Source of the DNA: Malacoraja senta
Lineage: Eukaryota
DNA: 59,645 bases
NCBI GenBank assembly: GCA_038087875.1
Contig: JAXLNO010001895.1
Span: forward strand, 62,001 to 121,645
Direction: 5' to 3'
This document shows, piece by piece, positions 58,872-59,645 of this stretch; position 1 is the first letter of the stretch; each line of letters opens with the position of its first letter. The position numbers were made by a program, and so were the translations under genes. Under the pieces are notes generated by a model, which did no database searches, had not been told where the DNA came from, and saw only the letters and a list, made by a program, of their open reading frames with translations.

Positions 58872-59425
58872 TGTGAGATGCAAAATCACAAACGCTTTTA
58901 GAGACAAAGTCGGCAAAGAAGCTTTTTATTTAAATCATATTCTGCAGAATAGGTGCCTCTCCTCTGATGTCCCCTAGAGGCACACCGAGGATCGGGATGT
59001 CTTCTATCTTTATACATTTCATGGGTATCATTGTCACACCCTCATCCATCCCCATTGTGCTTCTTCCAATCATAACATAAAGCCCACATTCCCACGAGAA
59101 TGTCCTGGAACGTCCACCCGACGTCAAAGACACCTCCCGTATCATGCATCGCATGTGCATTTAAATGAGACATCTTGTCATAGTGGGTGTGTGTACATAT
59201 TCATGTAAGTTCATTAGGCATGCACAGATATGTTTGACCTTATGTACTTTCTCTCTTTCTACTTCTCAAATCTTCTGCTGAATTTGCTACTTTTTATCTA
59301 GAATTTCTCTCTGTTCTATATATCGTTATTTTCTATTTTACCAGCAGTCTGGCTTCTGCTGACACCACAAGCCATTTTTCTATCCCTAGTATAAATCAAC
59401 CATGTCTGTTAACTCTTTCCTCACA
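58872..59425 (-). mobile_element. ERV/LTR-retroelement 3' LTR (554 bp)
   Basis: On minus it starts TGTGAG right after a polypurine tract (aaaaagaaaagggtggat), ends CTCACA, and has AATAAA near 58925-58930. Confidence 0.7.
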
Positions 59426-59645
59426 ATCCACCCTTTTCTTTTTTGCTACGCAACCTTTGATTTATATTATCTTCCTTTTCTAATGCTAGCAGCAGATTCT
59501 TCGCCTCCCTATCCCCCTCTCGTTGGTTATACTGTGTTCTGAAGGCCATCATGGTGGCGGCCCTGTTCTTTGTCAGGGCTGTTTCTATCAATCGCTGAGC
59601 CAATCCCCGTACGCAGGGAATCATACAACATCCGAACAAACACAG
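59421..59645 (-). CDS. Retroviral env C-terminus (end of TM plus cytoplasmic tail), runs off the window
   Basis: GCCMIPCVRGLAQRLIETAL resembles the post-TM motif of class I-like ERV env; the ORF ends EKGG at the PPT/LTR boundary. Confidence 0.6.
   Translation of the reverse strand: MCLFGCCMIPCVRGLAQRLIETALTKNRAATMMAFRTQYNQREGDREAKNLLLALEKEDNINQRLRSKKEKGGL

Overview
Repeat-dense vertebrate genomic DNA. The SINE/LINE complement (HE1/V-type SINEs, CR1, L1, Penelope-like, Rex/Babar) points to a cartilaginous fish, probably a skate or ray; this is inference. One host gene is supported: a plus-strand MHC class I-like heavy chain with phase-1 exons for alpha1 (5040-5300), alpha2 (23360-23633), alpha3 (30391-30657) and TM (33342-33449). 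A candidate tail exon at 44484-44524 encodes DYQNIQPKQNVHC* (a YxxI motif). No leader exon was found. Alpha2 carries a frameshift (274 nt, stop at 23533-23535) and lacks several peptide-anchoring residues, so the gene is nonclassical and either a pseudogene/null allele or affected by an assembly indel. The rest is nested mobile DNA: CR1 and L1 copies with TSDs, a Buster/Charlie-type hAT, MITEs, an RTE fragment, a solo LTR, a structurally complete DIRS1-type element (46460-51522), a twin-primed 5'-inverted L1 and the 3' end of an env-bearing ERV. The most unusual signal is that the abundant ~100-125 nt Penelope terminal repeat contains a minimal hammerhead ribozyme core (CTGAAGA-stem II-GAAAC-GTY). 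It occurs as a stand-alone TSD-flanked insertion, as a 124-nt tandem array and as head-to-head palindromes. All coordinates and alignments were done by eye, and repeat family names are by motif recognition, not database search.
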